This document shows, one piece after another, positions 13,801 through 25,100 of a stretch of 64,000 bases of DNA. The notes beneath the pieces are model-generated. The model worked only from the letters and a program-made list of their open reading frames with translations. It searched no databases and was not told the origin of the DNA. The DNA comes from Hypanus sabinus (Eukaryota): the NCBI RefSeq assembly GCF_030144855.1, contig NC_082730.1, forward strand, positions 2,976,001-3,040,000, in the 5' to 3' direction. The translations under genes were made by a program, and so were the position numbers. The stretch's first letter is position 1. Each line of letters starts with the position of its first letter.

Positions 13801-14201
13801 AGTATTTCCTACACAACCATGTTTTGGTCTCATTGTTGGATTTCACCAGGCTGGAATGATGGCAAGGCATCTGGGCTCATGATTCTTCTGCAATGGCAGC
13901 TCTCTTTCATCTCCATCGATTGTGGCAATTATCTCATCCTCTCGGGAAATTTCAGCTCCACCACTGGTACACAGTGGCCACTGTGTGCACCTGTCAGTGT
14001 CACTGCAGATAATCAGACAGTATACTCCAACCAAAACTACCAAACTCTCCCCCTCTATTTCAAGAATGAATATCTTGGACATGAACAATCAGTCAGTGGG
14101 GATTAGTAAAGAGTGGAATGACCTGGATCTGCTGTCACCCATGAATTAGGGATGTTTCAGGAACTGGTGAAACCCGGGTCCCTTTGCAGTGTCTCACTCA
14201 C

Positions 14202-14235
14202 CGTACACTTCCAGTCGCAATCTCGCTTTAGAATC
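14202..14235 (-). pseudogene. 3' remnant of a deleted IgV exon
   Basis: GAT TCT AAA GCG AGA TTG CGA CTG GAA GTG TAC G|GTGAGT = DSKARLRLEVY, paralogous to V1 ESKATVRLEVD. The downstream intron matches 6340-6600. Confidence 0.85.
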
Positions 14236-15507
14236 GGGGAATCGGGGAGAGGGTGGGAACAGGCAGGAATGTGTGCTGACATAAAGGTCCGACCAACCAT
14301 GATTTATGTGAGTGGGGAGTAGCCTCAAGTTGGGTTAAAGGTGTCTAACTGTTCCTTGGACAGAAATGTAGGTGGGAGTGTTGGCACATTTGTAGATGAG
14401 ATAAAGATTGGTGGTGTTGTGGATGGTGCAGAGGAGTGCCAATAGATGTAATTGGACATGGATCACATGCAGACATGGGTGGGGAAACGTGGCTGCATGT
14501 TGATTGAATGGTAAAGAAGGGACTTTATGTGCTTGCCCTCATCAGTCGAGACACTGAGTTCAAAACTCAGGAAGTTATGTTGCATCTTTAAAAACTCTGA
14601 ATGGGCTGCATCTGGAGTATTGGAATCATTTACACACATGAATGTGGAGAGAATAAAGGCATATGGAGCATGAACAGTCAGAAGGGATTAGCTTAACTGG
14701 GTTCTATTAGCAATGAGTTTGGCAGCACATCATGAGCTGAGGATCTGTTCCCATGATGTTCCATTCCCCATGTTCTGACGTTCTCCTCCCTCAAATGTGA
14801 ACTCGTTAAACCTGGGGTGGAGGGGATTTCTCAGCTGGACATTGCTGAATGAGATTATTGTGAATGTTACATTAACGTTAGAGTAAGTCAGGAACCATAC
14901 TGCTGTGTGCGAGTGTGCCGTTGTGTCCGTATACTCTGTCACTCACTGGGACACTATATTCAGTGTAATGAATACACAGGGTCTCACTCACCACAGCACA
15001 GCATGTAGACTGAGGAATAAACACCTTGCTGAGCTCAGACCTCAGTCTAGGGAATAAAGAAGCCGTGTCCTGGGAAACAGACAGGAAAACAGAGATTGCT
15101 GAACATGACAGACCATGAATTTGAACTGGGGTTACAGAAGTCCCTGTGTAACTGCCCCACAGGTACAGACTGTTCGGCCATCCACCAGTCCCTCCCACTC
15201 CTTTGGCCCATCTCCCATTCCTCCCTTCCCCATCTGCTCACTTCCTCCAGCCTCGGACAGACCAGGTTCCCCATTGACAGATCGATGGTTTGCAGTCTCT
15301 GGTCCAGTCTCCGAGGATGTGGTGAGTGTGTCCTTCAGCCTCACACTGACACAGCCACACTACACTGGGATCATGAGCCCAGCTCTGGACATGGGCAGTC
15401 AGTGGGGTTCAGAAAATAAGGAAACACACGTGATCTGCCTTAACACATTAATTAGGGGTGTTTCAGGAACTGATGAAACCCGGGCCCCTCCGTAACGTCT
15501 CACTCAC

Positions 15508-15810
15508 CGAACACCTCCAGTCGCATTCCCTTCCGAGTCTGTGCTCCTGAACTTGCTGTAACAGTCACCTCATAATCTTTAGCGTCCTCTCTCCGTAGAT
15601 CACTGATTTCCAGACTGAAGTTCCCGGGATGAAGAGTTATCCGTCGCTTGTACTCCTCAGGACCAAAGTAGAAAATGGTGCTATTTGCATATTCTGTTAT
15701 TCTGGTTCCAACTGATCTCCACACCAAATGAGAAATGTCCAGCCCGGATGTGATCCCAGCAGGTAAGGAGACCCTCTGTCCCCAAGCTCCTTTCACAGTC
15801 CCCACTGGGT
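15508..15810 (-). CDS. IgV-domain exon V2, cysteine-less CD2/SLAM/CEACAM-N-like
   Basis: Acceptor cctcctcttgtctcttcAG (15811-15812), donor G|GTGAGT; 303 nt, phase 1-1, open. Encodes TVKGAWGQRVSLP..LVWR..NFSLEISDLRREDAKDYEV..RLEVF. Confidence 0.88.
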
Positions 15811-16642
15811 CTGAAGAGACAAGAGGAGGCAGTCAGCAGGTGACTCAGTGACTGGAGCAGGAATCGGAGTGAGGTGAGTGTAGTATTTCGAACAAGGTCA
15901 CAGTTTCTGAATAAGGAACTATAACTTCAAATGGAGATGAACATCTCCAAGGGTCAGGAATCTATGGAATTTTCTCCCCCAGAGAGCTGAGGAGGCTGAG
16001 TCAGTGTATGCAAGGCTGAGATAGAGTTTTGATCTGGAAAGGAGTTGGGGGGGGGGGGGGGGGCAGAAACAGGCAGGAAGGTGGAGCTGAGATCAAGGTC
16101 AGACCAACCCTAGTTTTACTGACTGGGAAGTAGGCTTCGGGGGGGCAGAAGCCCTCAAACTGATCTTGGGACAGAAATACAGATGTGAGGGTTAGCATGT
16201 TTGTAGATGAGATAAGGATTGCTGGTGTTGTGGATAGTGAAGAGGAGAGCCAATTGATGAAATTGGACATGGATCAGATGCAGACATGGGTGGGGAAATG
16301 TGGCTGCATGTTGATCAGGTGGTAAAGAAGGAACTTTACATTCTTGCCCTCTTCAGTCGAAACACTGAGTTCAAAACGCAGGAAGTTATGTTGCATCTTT
16401 AAAAACTCTGAAAGGGCTGCATCTGGAGTATTGCAATCATTTCCAGCCACCCCGTTAAAGGAAGAACATGGAGGCTTTGCAGAGGGAACAGACATTTACC
16501 ATTAGGTGCCTGGATTGCAGGGCATGTGTGGGAAGAAAAATTTGGACAAATTTGGGTAGTTTCCTCTTAGTGTTGGAGGTGATACAAGCTTTTGACATTT
16601 TTAAGGACACAGATGAAGTAGACAGCCAGTATTTTTCCCAGG

Positions 16643-16930
16643 GATGGCATGATAGCGTAGTGGTTAGCACAACGCTTTACAGTGCCAGTGAACCAGATTG
16701 AATTCCCGCTGCCCATAAGGAATTCGTACATTCTCCCCGTGACCACATGGGATTCCTCTTCGTGCTCTGGTTTCCTCTCACAGTCCATTGACATTCTGAT
16801 TGATAGGTTAATTGGTCATTATAAATTGTCCTGTGATTGGGCTGGGATTAAACTGGGGGATCGCTGGGCAGCACAGCTCAAAGGCCCTGAAAGGGTTATT
16901 CCTGCTGTATCTCGATAAAATTAAAAAAAT
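16643..16930 (+). mobile_element. tRNA-derived SINE (HE1/V-SINE-like)
   Basis: A-box-like head (tagcgtagtggttagcac), central tctccccgtgaccacatggg..tttcctctcacagtcc domain, A-rich tail. Confidence 0.8.
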
Positions 16931-18297
16931 CAAATAAAATGTGTCTAATACCAGAGAATGTGCATTTACAGTGACAGATGTAAATTAAAAGGAGATATGC
17001 GGGACAAGATTTTCTTTAGACAGAGAGTGGTGGGTGACTGAAATGGGCTGCCGGGAGTGGTGGAAGAGGCAAAGGCCAGGGAGATTTTTGAGGGGCTGTC
17101 ACATACACACATGAATTTGTCGAAAATAAAGGCATATGGAGCACGAACAGTCAGAAGGGATTAGCTTAACTGGGTTCTATTAGCAAAGAGTTTGGCAGCA
17201 CATCACGAGCTGAGGATCTGTTCTCATGATGTGCCATTCCCCACGTTCTGACGTTCTCTTCCCTCCAATGGGAACCTGTTAAACCTGGGGTGGAGGGGTT
17301 TTCTCAGCCGGACATTGCTGTGTGAGATTATTGTGAATGTTATATTACTGTTAGAGTGAGTCAGGAGCCATATTGCCGTGTGTGAGTGTGCTGTTGTGTC
17401 CGTGTACTGTGTCACTCACTGGGACACTATATTCAGTGTAATGAATACACAGGGTCTCACTCAGCACAGCACAGCATGAAGGCTGAGGAATAAACACTGT
17501 GCTGAGCTCAGACCTCAGTCTGGGGAATAAAGAAGCAGTGTCCTGGGAAACAGGACAACAGAGATCGCTGAACATGACAGACCAGGCCTTTGAACTGGGG
17601 TTACAGAAAGTCCTGTGTAACTGACCCACTGGTATAGACTGTTCAGCCATCCACCAGTCCCTCCTACTCCTTCGGCCCATCTCCTGTTCTCCCCTTCCCC
17701 ATCTGATCATCTCCTCTGGCCACGGACACACAAAGTTCCCCATTGAGATCGAGGTCAGACCAACCCTGGTTTCAATGAGTGGGGAGCATGCTGCAGGGGG
17801 GCAAAAGCCCTCAAACTGATCGTTGGACAGAATACAGATGGGAGGGTTAGCATGTTTGTAAATGAGACAAAGATTACCGGTGTTGTGGATGGTGAACAGG
17901 AGTGCCAGTAGATGCAATTGGACATGGATCAGATGCAGACATGGTGGGGACATATGACTGCATGTTGCTTGGGTGGTAAAGAAGGGACTTTACATGTTTG
18001 TCCTCATCAGTCAAGACACTGCGTTCAAAAGTCAGTAAGTTTTGCTCCATCTTTAAAAACTCTGATTAGGCTGCATTTGGAGTACTGCATTCATTTCCAG
18101 CTAACCCGTTAAAGGAAGAACGTGGAAGCTTTGCAGAGGGAACAGACATTTACCATCAGGATGCCCGGATTACAGGGCATGTGTGGGAAGAAAAGTTTGG
18201 ACACATTTGGGTTGTTTCCTCTGAGTGTCGGAGTTTGACAGTAAACCTGATACGAGTTTATAACATTTTTAAGGACACAGATGAAGTAGACAGCCAG

Positions 18298-18590
18298 GGA
18301 TGGCATGATAGCGTAGTGGTTAGCACAACGCTTTACAGTGCCAGTGAACCAGATTGAATTCCCGCTGCCCGTAAGGAGTTTGTACATTCTCCCCGTGACC
18401 ACATGGGATTCCTCTTCATGCTCTGGTTTCCTCTCACAGTCCAAAGACGTTCTGATTGATAGTTAATTGGTCGTTATAAATTGTCCGGTGATTGGGCTGG
18501 GATTAAACTGGGGGATCGCTGGGCAGCACAGCTCAAAGGCCCTGAAAGGTTTATTCCTGCTGTATCTCGATAAAATTAAAAAAATCAAAT
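18298..18590 (+). mobile_element. tRNA-derived SINE, duplicated copy of 16643-16930
   Basis: Same sequence at the same position in the duplication unit, so it was copied with the segment rather than inserted independently. Confidence 0.8.
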
Positions 18591-19114
18591 AAAATGTGTC
18601 TAATACCAGAGATTGTGCATTTACAGTGACAGGTGTAAATTCAAAGGAGATATGCGGGACAAGTTTTTCTTTACACAGAGAGTGGTGGGTGACTGAAATG
18701 GGCTGCCGGGAGTGGTGGAAGAGGCAAAGGCCAGGGAGATTTTTGAGGGGCTGTCACATACACACATGAATTTATCGAAAATAAAGGTATATGGAGCACG
18801 AACAGTCAGAAGGGATTAGCTTAACTGGGTTCCATTAGCAATGAGTTTGGCAGCACATCACGAGCTGAGGATCTGTTCCATGATGTTCCATTCCCCACGT
18901 TCTGACGTCCTCCTCACTCCAATGGGAACCCGTTAAACCTGGGTTGGAGGGGATTTCTCAGCCGGACGTTGCTGAGTGAGATTATTGTGAATGTTATATT
19001 ACTGTTAGAGTGAGTCAGGAGCCATATTGCCGTGTGTGAGTGTGCTGTTGTGTCCGTGTACTGTGTCACTCACTGGGACACTATATTCAGTGTAATGAAT
19101 ACACAGGGTCTCAC

Positions 19115-19173
19115 TCAGCACAGCACAGCATGAAGGCTGAGGAATAAACAGCTTGCTGAGCTCAGATCTGAGG
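19115..19173 (-). CDS. Candidate terminal exon encoding a short hydrophobic (GPI-signal-like) tail for V3
   Basis: cctAG|CC TCA GAT CTG..CTG TGC TGA; phase 1 matches the V3 donor, giving ASDLSSASCLFLSLHAVLC*. Confidence 0.35.
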
Positions 19174-19205
19174 CTAGGTAATTAACAAGCAGTGTCTTGG
19201 CAAAA

Positions 19206-19307
19206 TGGGATCCCTGAACATGACAGACCAGGCCTTTGACCTGGGAATACAGTGGGATCCCTGAACATGACAGACCAGGCCTTTGACCTGGGAATACAGT
19301 GGGATCC
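19206..19307. repeat. Perfect 47-bp tandem duplication
   Basis: tgggatccctgaacatgacagaccaggcctttgacctgggaatacag twice, followed by tgggatcc. Confidence 0.95.
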
Positions 19308-19630
19308 AGGCATCAGTCCCTCCCACCAGATCAGCCTATCTCCCGTTCCCCCTTCCCAATCTGCTCAATCCCTCCAGCCTCGGAGGCAAAAGGCTCCCCA
19401 TTGACAGTTTGATGCTTCAGCTCTGTGTCCAGTCTGCAGGATGTAGTGAGTGTGTCCTCCAGCCTCACACTGACTCAGCCGCACTGCATTGGGACCGTGA
19501 GCCCAGCTCTGGACATTGGCAGTCTGTGGGGTTCAGTAAAGAGGGAAAATGCAGGACCTGCTCTCACCCATTGATTGGGGGTGTTTCAGAAACTGATGAA
19601 ACCCGGGCCCCTCCGTAAGGTCTCACTCAC

Positions 19631-19951
19631 CATCAACCTGCAGTCGCTTTACTCTCTGAGTCTGTGCTCCTGAACGTGCTGTAACGGTCAGCTCATAATC
19701 ACCAGCGTCCTGTTTCTGTAGATCACGGATTTCCAGACTGAAGTTCCCGGGATGAAAAGTTATCCTTTGCTTGTATTCCTCAGGTCCGTAATAGTCAATG
19801 TTCTTGTTTGAATATGTCACTAGCTTCTTTCTGGGTGATAACAGTCTCCACACAACCTCAGCAATGTCTGGTCCAGCCGGGATCTCAGCAGGTAAGGAGA
19901 CCGAGCCTCCCTGAGCTCCGTTCACAGATGTAGGGGAAGCCCCAGTCCCAG
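19631..19951 (-). CDS. IgV-domain exon V3, cysteine-less CD2/SLAM/CEACAM-N-like
   Basis: Acceptor tctcctcttctctcctcAG (19952-19953), donor G|GTGAGT; 321 nt, phase 1-1, open. Encodes SVNGAQGGSVSLP..VVWR..NFSLEIRDLQKQDAGDYEL..RLQVD. Confidence 0.88.
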
Positions 19952-20283
19952 CTGAGGAGAGAAGAGGAGACAGTCAGCAAGTGAACTCAGTGACTGGAGT
20001 GTGAAAGAACCGGGAGGGTCACAGTTACAGGAGCAGGCCATCGGCCCTTCAGCTAGCATCTGACTCTGAGAGTGTCCCAGCACACAGTGGTGGTGGGGGG
20101 GGAACAGAGTGAATACTCTCTACACCTGCCCCGAAGGAAGGAAGCTGCAGCCTGCAACCAGATATCGATGGTCATGACAGTGGGACACAGACATGGCAAA
20201 TGGGATCCAGTCCGGAGAAAGGGTGGTTATGATGTTTAGAGAGAGTGAACTCAATGAGGGAATGCAGGAACCACTGTCTACAC

Positions 20284-21568
20284 CAGGGGTGGGCAAACTT
20301 TTTGACTTGTGGGCCACAATGGGTTCTAAAATTTGACAGGGGGGCCGGACCAGGAGCAGATGGATGGAGTGTTTTGGTAATACACCTCATAAGAGAAAAT
20401 AAAATATCATGGGATATGTAGAAAACATGTGCTCTAATTTCAATTGAAAATGAACAAATGCATTACAACAAAGTATCTGTCTTTGTAGTCCCATGGTTTT
20501 TAGCTATTTATTGAAATGACTTTTAAAACACTGAAAATTAAATGAATAAAATACAGCTTTTTTTAACAGTAACAGTTATTATTTTAAAGCACTGAAAATT
20601 CTGTTATCCTTCAAGATATTATCATCATCACTCTCCTCCTGACTGTCTTTATTTCAAAAACGGTAGGAGATGCAGGTCTACTTGTCCTGCTCCTTCTTAT
20701 TCAATTGTCCCCTGTGCCAAAACTCAACGACCAGCACAAAGACAGAACAGTGACAGCGCGCCAGTATGCGGAGCACGTTATTTGATCTGGAGCACATTTT
20801 TTTATTTTGAGAACGTACGTGCACCTGCGCACTACTCATGTCCATCACTTAACAGAAATGACATGTAACATGTAAGGCTTATTGAAAAAAATATTTTCAA
20901 ATGCATTTTTTACATAACACAACAAAGAAACTTATTTTTAATTTCAGTGGGAACAGTGTTGTTGGTCTCCCTTTTTAGCCAGCGCATCAAAGTCTGGATT
21001 TAGTTTTGTTGTGGCGATTCTCAGGATGGATCTGAGGTGTTGGTCAGTTAACTTGGATCTGTGGCTGGCTTTGTTGATGTTCATGACGCTGAACGCCTGT
21101 TCACACAAATAGGTTGAGCCGAACAGTGAGTAAAGCTTAAATGTGGAGTAATACGCTGCACCTCAACAAAGGTCAATATGTAGCGGTGTGCTACATGCAG
21201 CGCTAAAATTACGACACGGAGTCGGTAACTGCAGTCGAAGAAAAAAACTTTATTCGAAATCCCCAGCCTCACTTTTAAGCCTCCCTCAACCTGCCCCCCG
21301 TGGCGCAGAGGCTCCAAAGCTCTGTGCTCGCAAATCCCCGCAGGTTATCTCCCTTAGCCGGAACGCTGGCTGTGAGCCGGTTCGGATGTGCCAGGAAATG
21401 GGTCGCCACAAATGTATATAGAGTGCGTCATCTATTGGGAAAATGCCAGAATTGCGGGGAAAAAATGTTAACAAGGTTTATTAATATAATTTCATCAAGT
21501 TCTGCGGGCCGGATTATAAAGCTTAACGGGCCGCATATGGCCCGCAGGCCGTAGTTTGCCCATGCCTG
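20284..21568 (-). mobile_element. hAT DNA transposon, non-autonomous, retaining the C-terminal dimerization region
   Basis: TIRs caggggtgggcaaact / agtttgcccatgcctg; 8-bp TSD gtctacac/gtctacgc; minus-strand LFGSTYLCEQAFSVMNINK..RSKLTDQHL..QQHCSH* (~20950-21130). Confidence 0.9.
21179..21410. mobile_element. Short solo LTR-like element (third copy of the 10248 family)
   Basis: TGTAGC...GCCACA termini; imperfect TSD aata/aatg. Confidence 0.78.
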
Positions 21569-22027
21569 GTCTACGCAGTCCCTTCACCCACTCCCAGTGC
21601 ACAGGTCATATACAGAATGGAGCTTGTCCACACTGTCCTTCTGCAGAGGTTGACAGGTTCCTTTCAGCTGACCCTGACAACTGTGAATCCAACAGTGACG
21701 TTGTAGGATTAGTGTCTAAATTTGTTCCTTTTTATTGAGCTTTTCCTTCAGCTTTATGTTCAAATAATCACCTCTTTGCGGACTTTTGGTAACTTGCAGT
21801 ATGTTTGGTACTGTATTAGCGTTCTGTAGTTTCTCGTATGCAGAGCTGAATCGTGATTCAAGTAGTACTCTGCTCTTTCTGTCTGCCAGTATCTGCTCAC
21901 AGGTTTCTGTTGAAAAACCCATCCGACCGGCTTGCAGTATAAGAGAAGAGTTTGTGGTCACGTTACTTTGTAACACACAAAACTCTAGAGGAACTCAGCA
22001 AGTCAGACAGCATCGACAGAAATGAAT

Positions 22028-23830
22028 AATGGGAAATGAACCTGGTCAGGTGTCAGATTTCTCAGTGGGAGAGCATTTTGGAGATAGTGATCATAATTCT
22101 ATCTCCTTTACAATAGCATTGGAGAGAGATAGGAACAGACAAGTTAGAAAACCATTTAATTGGAGTAAGGGGAATTATGAGGCTATCAGGCAGGAAATTG
22201 AAGGCTTAAATTGGAAACAGATGTTCTCTGGGATAAGTACGGAAGAAATGTGGCAAATATTCAGGGGATATTTGTTTAGCTCTGTATAGGTATGTTCCAA
22301 TGAGACAGGAAGTTATGGTAGGGTACAGGAACCGTGGTGTACAAAGGCTGTAATAAATCTAGTCAAGAAGAAAAGCTTACAAAAGGTTCAGAGAGCTAGA
22401 TAATGTTAGCGATCTAGAAGATTATAAGACTACTAGGAAGGAGCTTAAGAAGGAAATTAGGAGAACCAGAAGGGGCCATGAGAAGGCCTTGGCAGGCAGA
22501 ATTAAGGAAAACCCCAAGGCATTCTACAAGTATGTGAAGAGCAAGAGGATCAGATGTGAAAGAATAGGATCTATCAAGCGTGACAGTGGGAAGTGTATAT
22601 GGAACCGGAGGAAATAGCAGAGGTACTTAATACTTTGCTTCAGTATTCGCTATGGAAAAGGATCTTGGTGATTGTAGTGAACACTTGCAGCAGACTGAAA
22701 AGCTTGAGCATGTAGATATTAAGAAAGAGGATTTGCTGGAGCTTTTGGAAAGCATCAAGTTGGATAAGTTGATGGGACCAGACAAAATGTACCCCAGGCT
22801 ACTGTGGGAGGCGAGGGAGAAGATTGCTGAGCCTCCGGCGATGATCTTTGCATCATCAATGGGGACGGGAAAGGTTCCAGAGGATTGGAGGGTTGCGGAT
22901 GTTGTTCTTTTATTCAAGAAAGGGAGTAGAGATAGCCCAAGAAATTATAGACCAATGAGTCTTACCTCAGTGGTTGGTAAGTCAATGGACATTGATAGGA
23001 TGCAAAACTGGGCCGAGAAATGACAGATGGAGTTCAACCCAGATAAGTGTAAAGTGGTTCATTTTAGTAGGTCAAATATGATGGCAGAATATAGTTTTAA
23101 TGGTAAGACTCTTGGCATTGTGGAGGATCAGAGGGATCTTGGGGTCCAAGTCAATATGATGCTCAAAGCAGCTGCGCAGCGTGACTCTGTGGTTAAGAAG
23201 TTGTATGGTATATTGGCGTTCACCAATCATGGAATTGAATTTAGGAGCTGAGAGGCAATGTTGCAGCTATATAGGACCCTGGTTAAACCCTACTTGGAGT
23301 ACTGTGCTTAGTTCTGGTCGCCTCACTACAGGAAGGATGTGGAAGTCGTAGAAGGGGTGCACAGGAGATTTACAAGGATGTTGCCTGGATTGGGAAGCAT
23401 GCCTTATGGGAATAGGTTGAGTGAACTCGGCCTTCTCCCCTTGGAGCGAAGGATGACGAGAGGTGACCTGATAGAGGTGTACAAGATGATGAGAGGTATT
23501 GATCATGTGGATAGTCAGAGGATTTTTCCCAGGGCTGAAATGGTTGCCACAAGAGGACACAGGTTTTAGCTGCTGGGGAGTAGGTACAGAGGAGATGTCA
23601 GGGGTAAATGTTTTACTCAGAGAGTGGTGAGTGTGTGGAATGAGCTGTCAGCAACGGTGGTGGAGGTGGATACGATAGGGTCTTTTAAGAGACTTTTAGA
23701 TAGGCACATGGAGCTCAGTAAAATAGAGGGCTATAGGTAAGCCTAGTAATTTCTAAGGTAGGGATATTTTCAGCACAACTTTGTGGGCCAAAGGGCCTGT
23801 ACTGTGCTGTAGGTTTTCTACGTTTCTATA
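22028..23830 (+). mobile_element. CR1 LINE fragment with the RT core deleted
   Basis: ORF2 reading jumps from NYRPMSLTSVVGK to DIDRMQNWAEK at ~22980; 3' end with tgtgctgtaggttttcta tail. Confidence 0.9.
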
Positions 23831-24379
23831 AAAAGTGAACATTTTGAGCCACTCTTCGTCTTGGAAGGAAGGAGAAACATGTCTGAATAAAAAGGTAGGG
23901 GGAGGGGATGGAGAAATAGCCTGAAGATGATAGATGAAGTCAGGTGGGTGGGGAAAGGAAAAGGGCAGGCGAAGAAGGAATCTCATAGGAGAGGACAGAG
24001 GACAACGGGAGAAATGGTATGGCGGGGTATTTCTGTTCTGAAGGGATATCATTGTGTTCTGGGGCTGTGCCCTCTGGTCAAAGAGTCTCCCTGCTATAGT
24101 GAACATTCTCTCCATGTCCATCTATCTGGGTCTTTCAATATTCAATAGGTTTCAATGAGATTCCACCAACTCCCCCCACACATCATTCTCAAAATGTCTA
24201 GGCCCAGAGCCATCAAACATTAACCCTTTGATCTTCTTGGACCCTTGGCTTCAGGTGGAGCAGAGGCCATCAATGACCTCCCATCTCCATCATCCTCCGT
24301 TCTGAGGCAGTTTCTCGAGGGTGGACCAACAATGTCCACATCATTTTATTTTGGCCTCGACCTCTCTCCTCCATGTGTT

Positions 24380-25100
24380 AACATATTCAAGCGTCCAAAG
24401 AAAGATGACGTAAGAAACAATGAAAACTACAGAGGTATACCCTTAATGTCGGTGGTCTGGAAGGTACTAAACAAAATTTTTCTGCAACACCTTCAGCAAG
24501 CTGTTAGCACAATATTAAGGGACCAGCAAGCAGGCTTCAGGAAAGATCACTCCGGCACAGACCAGATGGCTACCTTAAGAATAATGATTCCAATTGAATG
24601 GAATACTTCTCTCGACATCAACTTTGACAAAACCTTCGCTACTTAGACAGAAACACCAATGGGAACCAATGAAACACCATGGAATACTGCAGAAATCTGT
24701 CAATATTTTTAGGAACTCCTACATGTCATGCAAAGATACATGTAGGAACACTGGCAGAAAGCTTCAATGTCAACACTGGGCTGAAGCTGGGATGTTTGTG
24801 TTCTTTCTTGTTCCTGTTGGCAATAAGCAGGATTGTGAAACAGACAAGTGAGAAATGAATTGGATCCACTGGACTATGTGGCAACTTGATGATTGAGTGT
24901 TCGCAGATAACATCACCCTACTGTCTCAATCTAACCAACAGATAAAAGAGAGATCAGCACTCTTGACCGCTAACTCCACCATGCTGGGTCAAAGACCAAA
25001 CATAGATAAAATGGAAGAGATGAAGATAAACTGCACCAGCAATGGACCCATGGTGACGGGAGGTAACACCCTGGAAGAATGCTTTCATTCCCAAGATAAT
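24380..25100 (+). mobile_element. Decayed RTE-clade LINE RT fragment
   Basis: NYRGIPLMSVVWKV..LRDQQAGFRKDHSGTDQMATLRI, and later FADNITLLS, follow the RTE RT pattern. Confidence 0.7.

Larger units (their letters stand above)
14632..20000. repeat. Tandem segmental duplication units C (14632-17104), D (17105-18760) and E (18761-~20000)
   Basis: A near-identical block (cacacatgaat..aataaagg.atatggagc..cagaagggattagc) starts at 14632, 17105 and 18761. 16640-17104 and 18295-18760 are highly similar, including the SINE. Confidence 0.92.

Noticed and set aside
14730-14942. Recurring ORF TEYTDTTAHSHTAVW.. in units C, D and E
   Set aside because: Stop positions differ among copies; the similarity is explained by recent duplication.
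16643-16720. tRNA gene
   Set aside because: The tRNA-like head continues into a SINE body and tail; no complete cloverleaf.
20120-20250. Possible leader exon for V3 (MTIDIWLQAAASFL..)
   Set aside because: The nearest donor is weak (GTGTAG) and in phase 2, whereas V3 needs phase 1.
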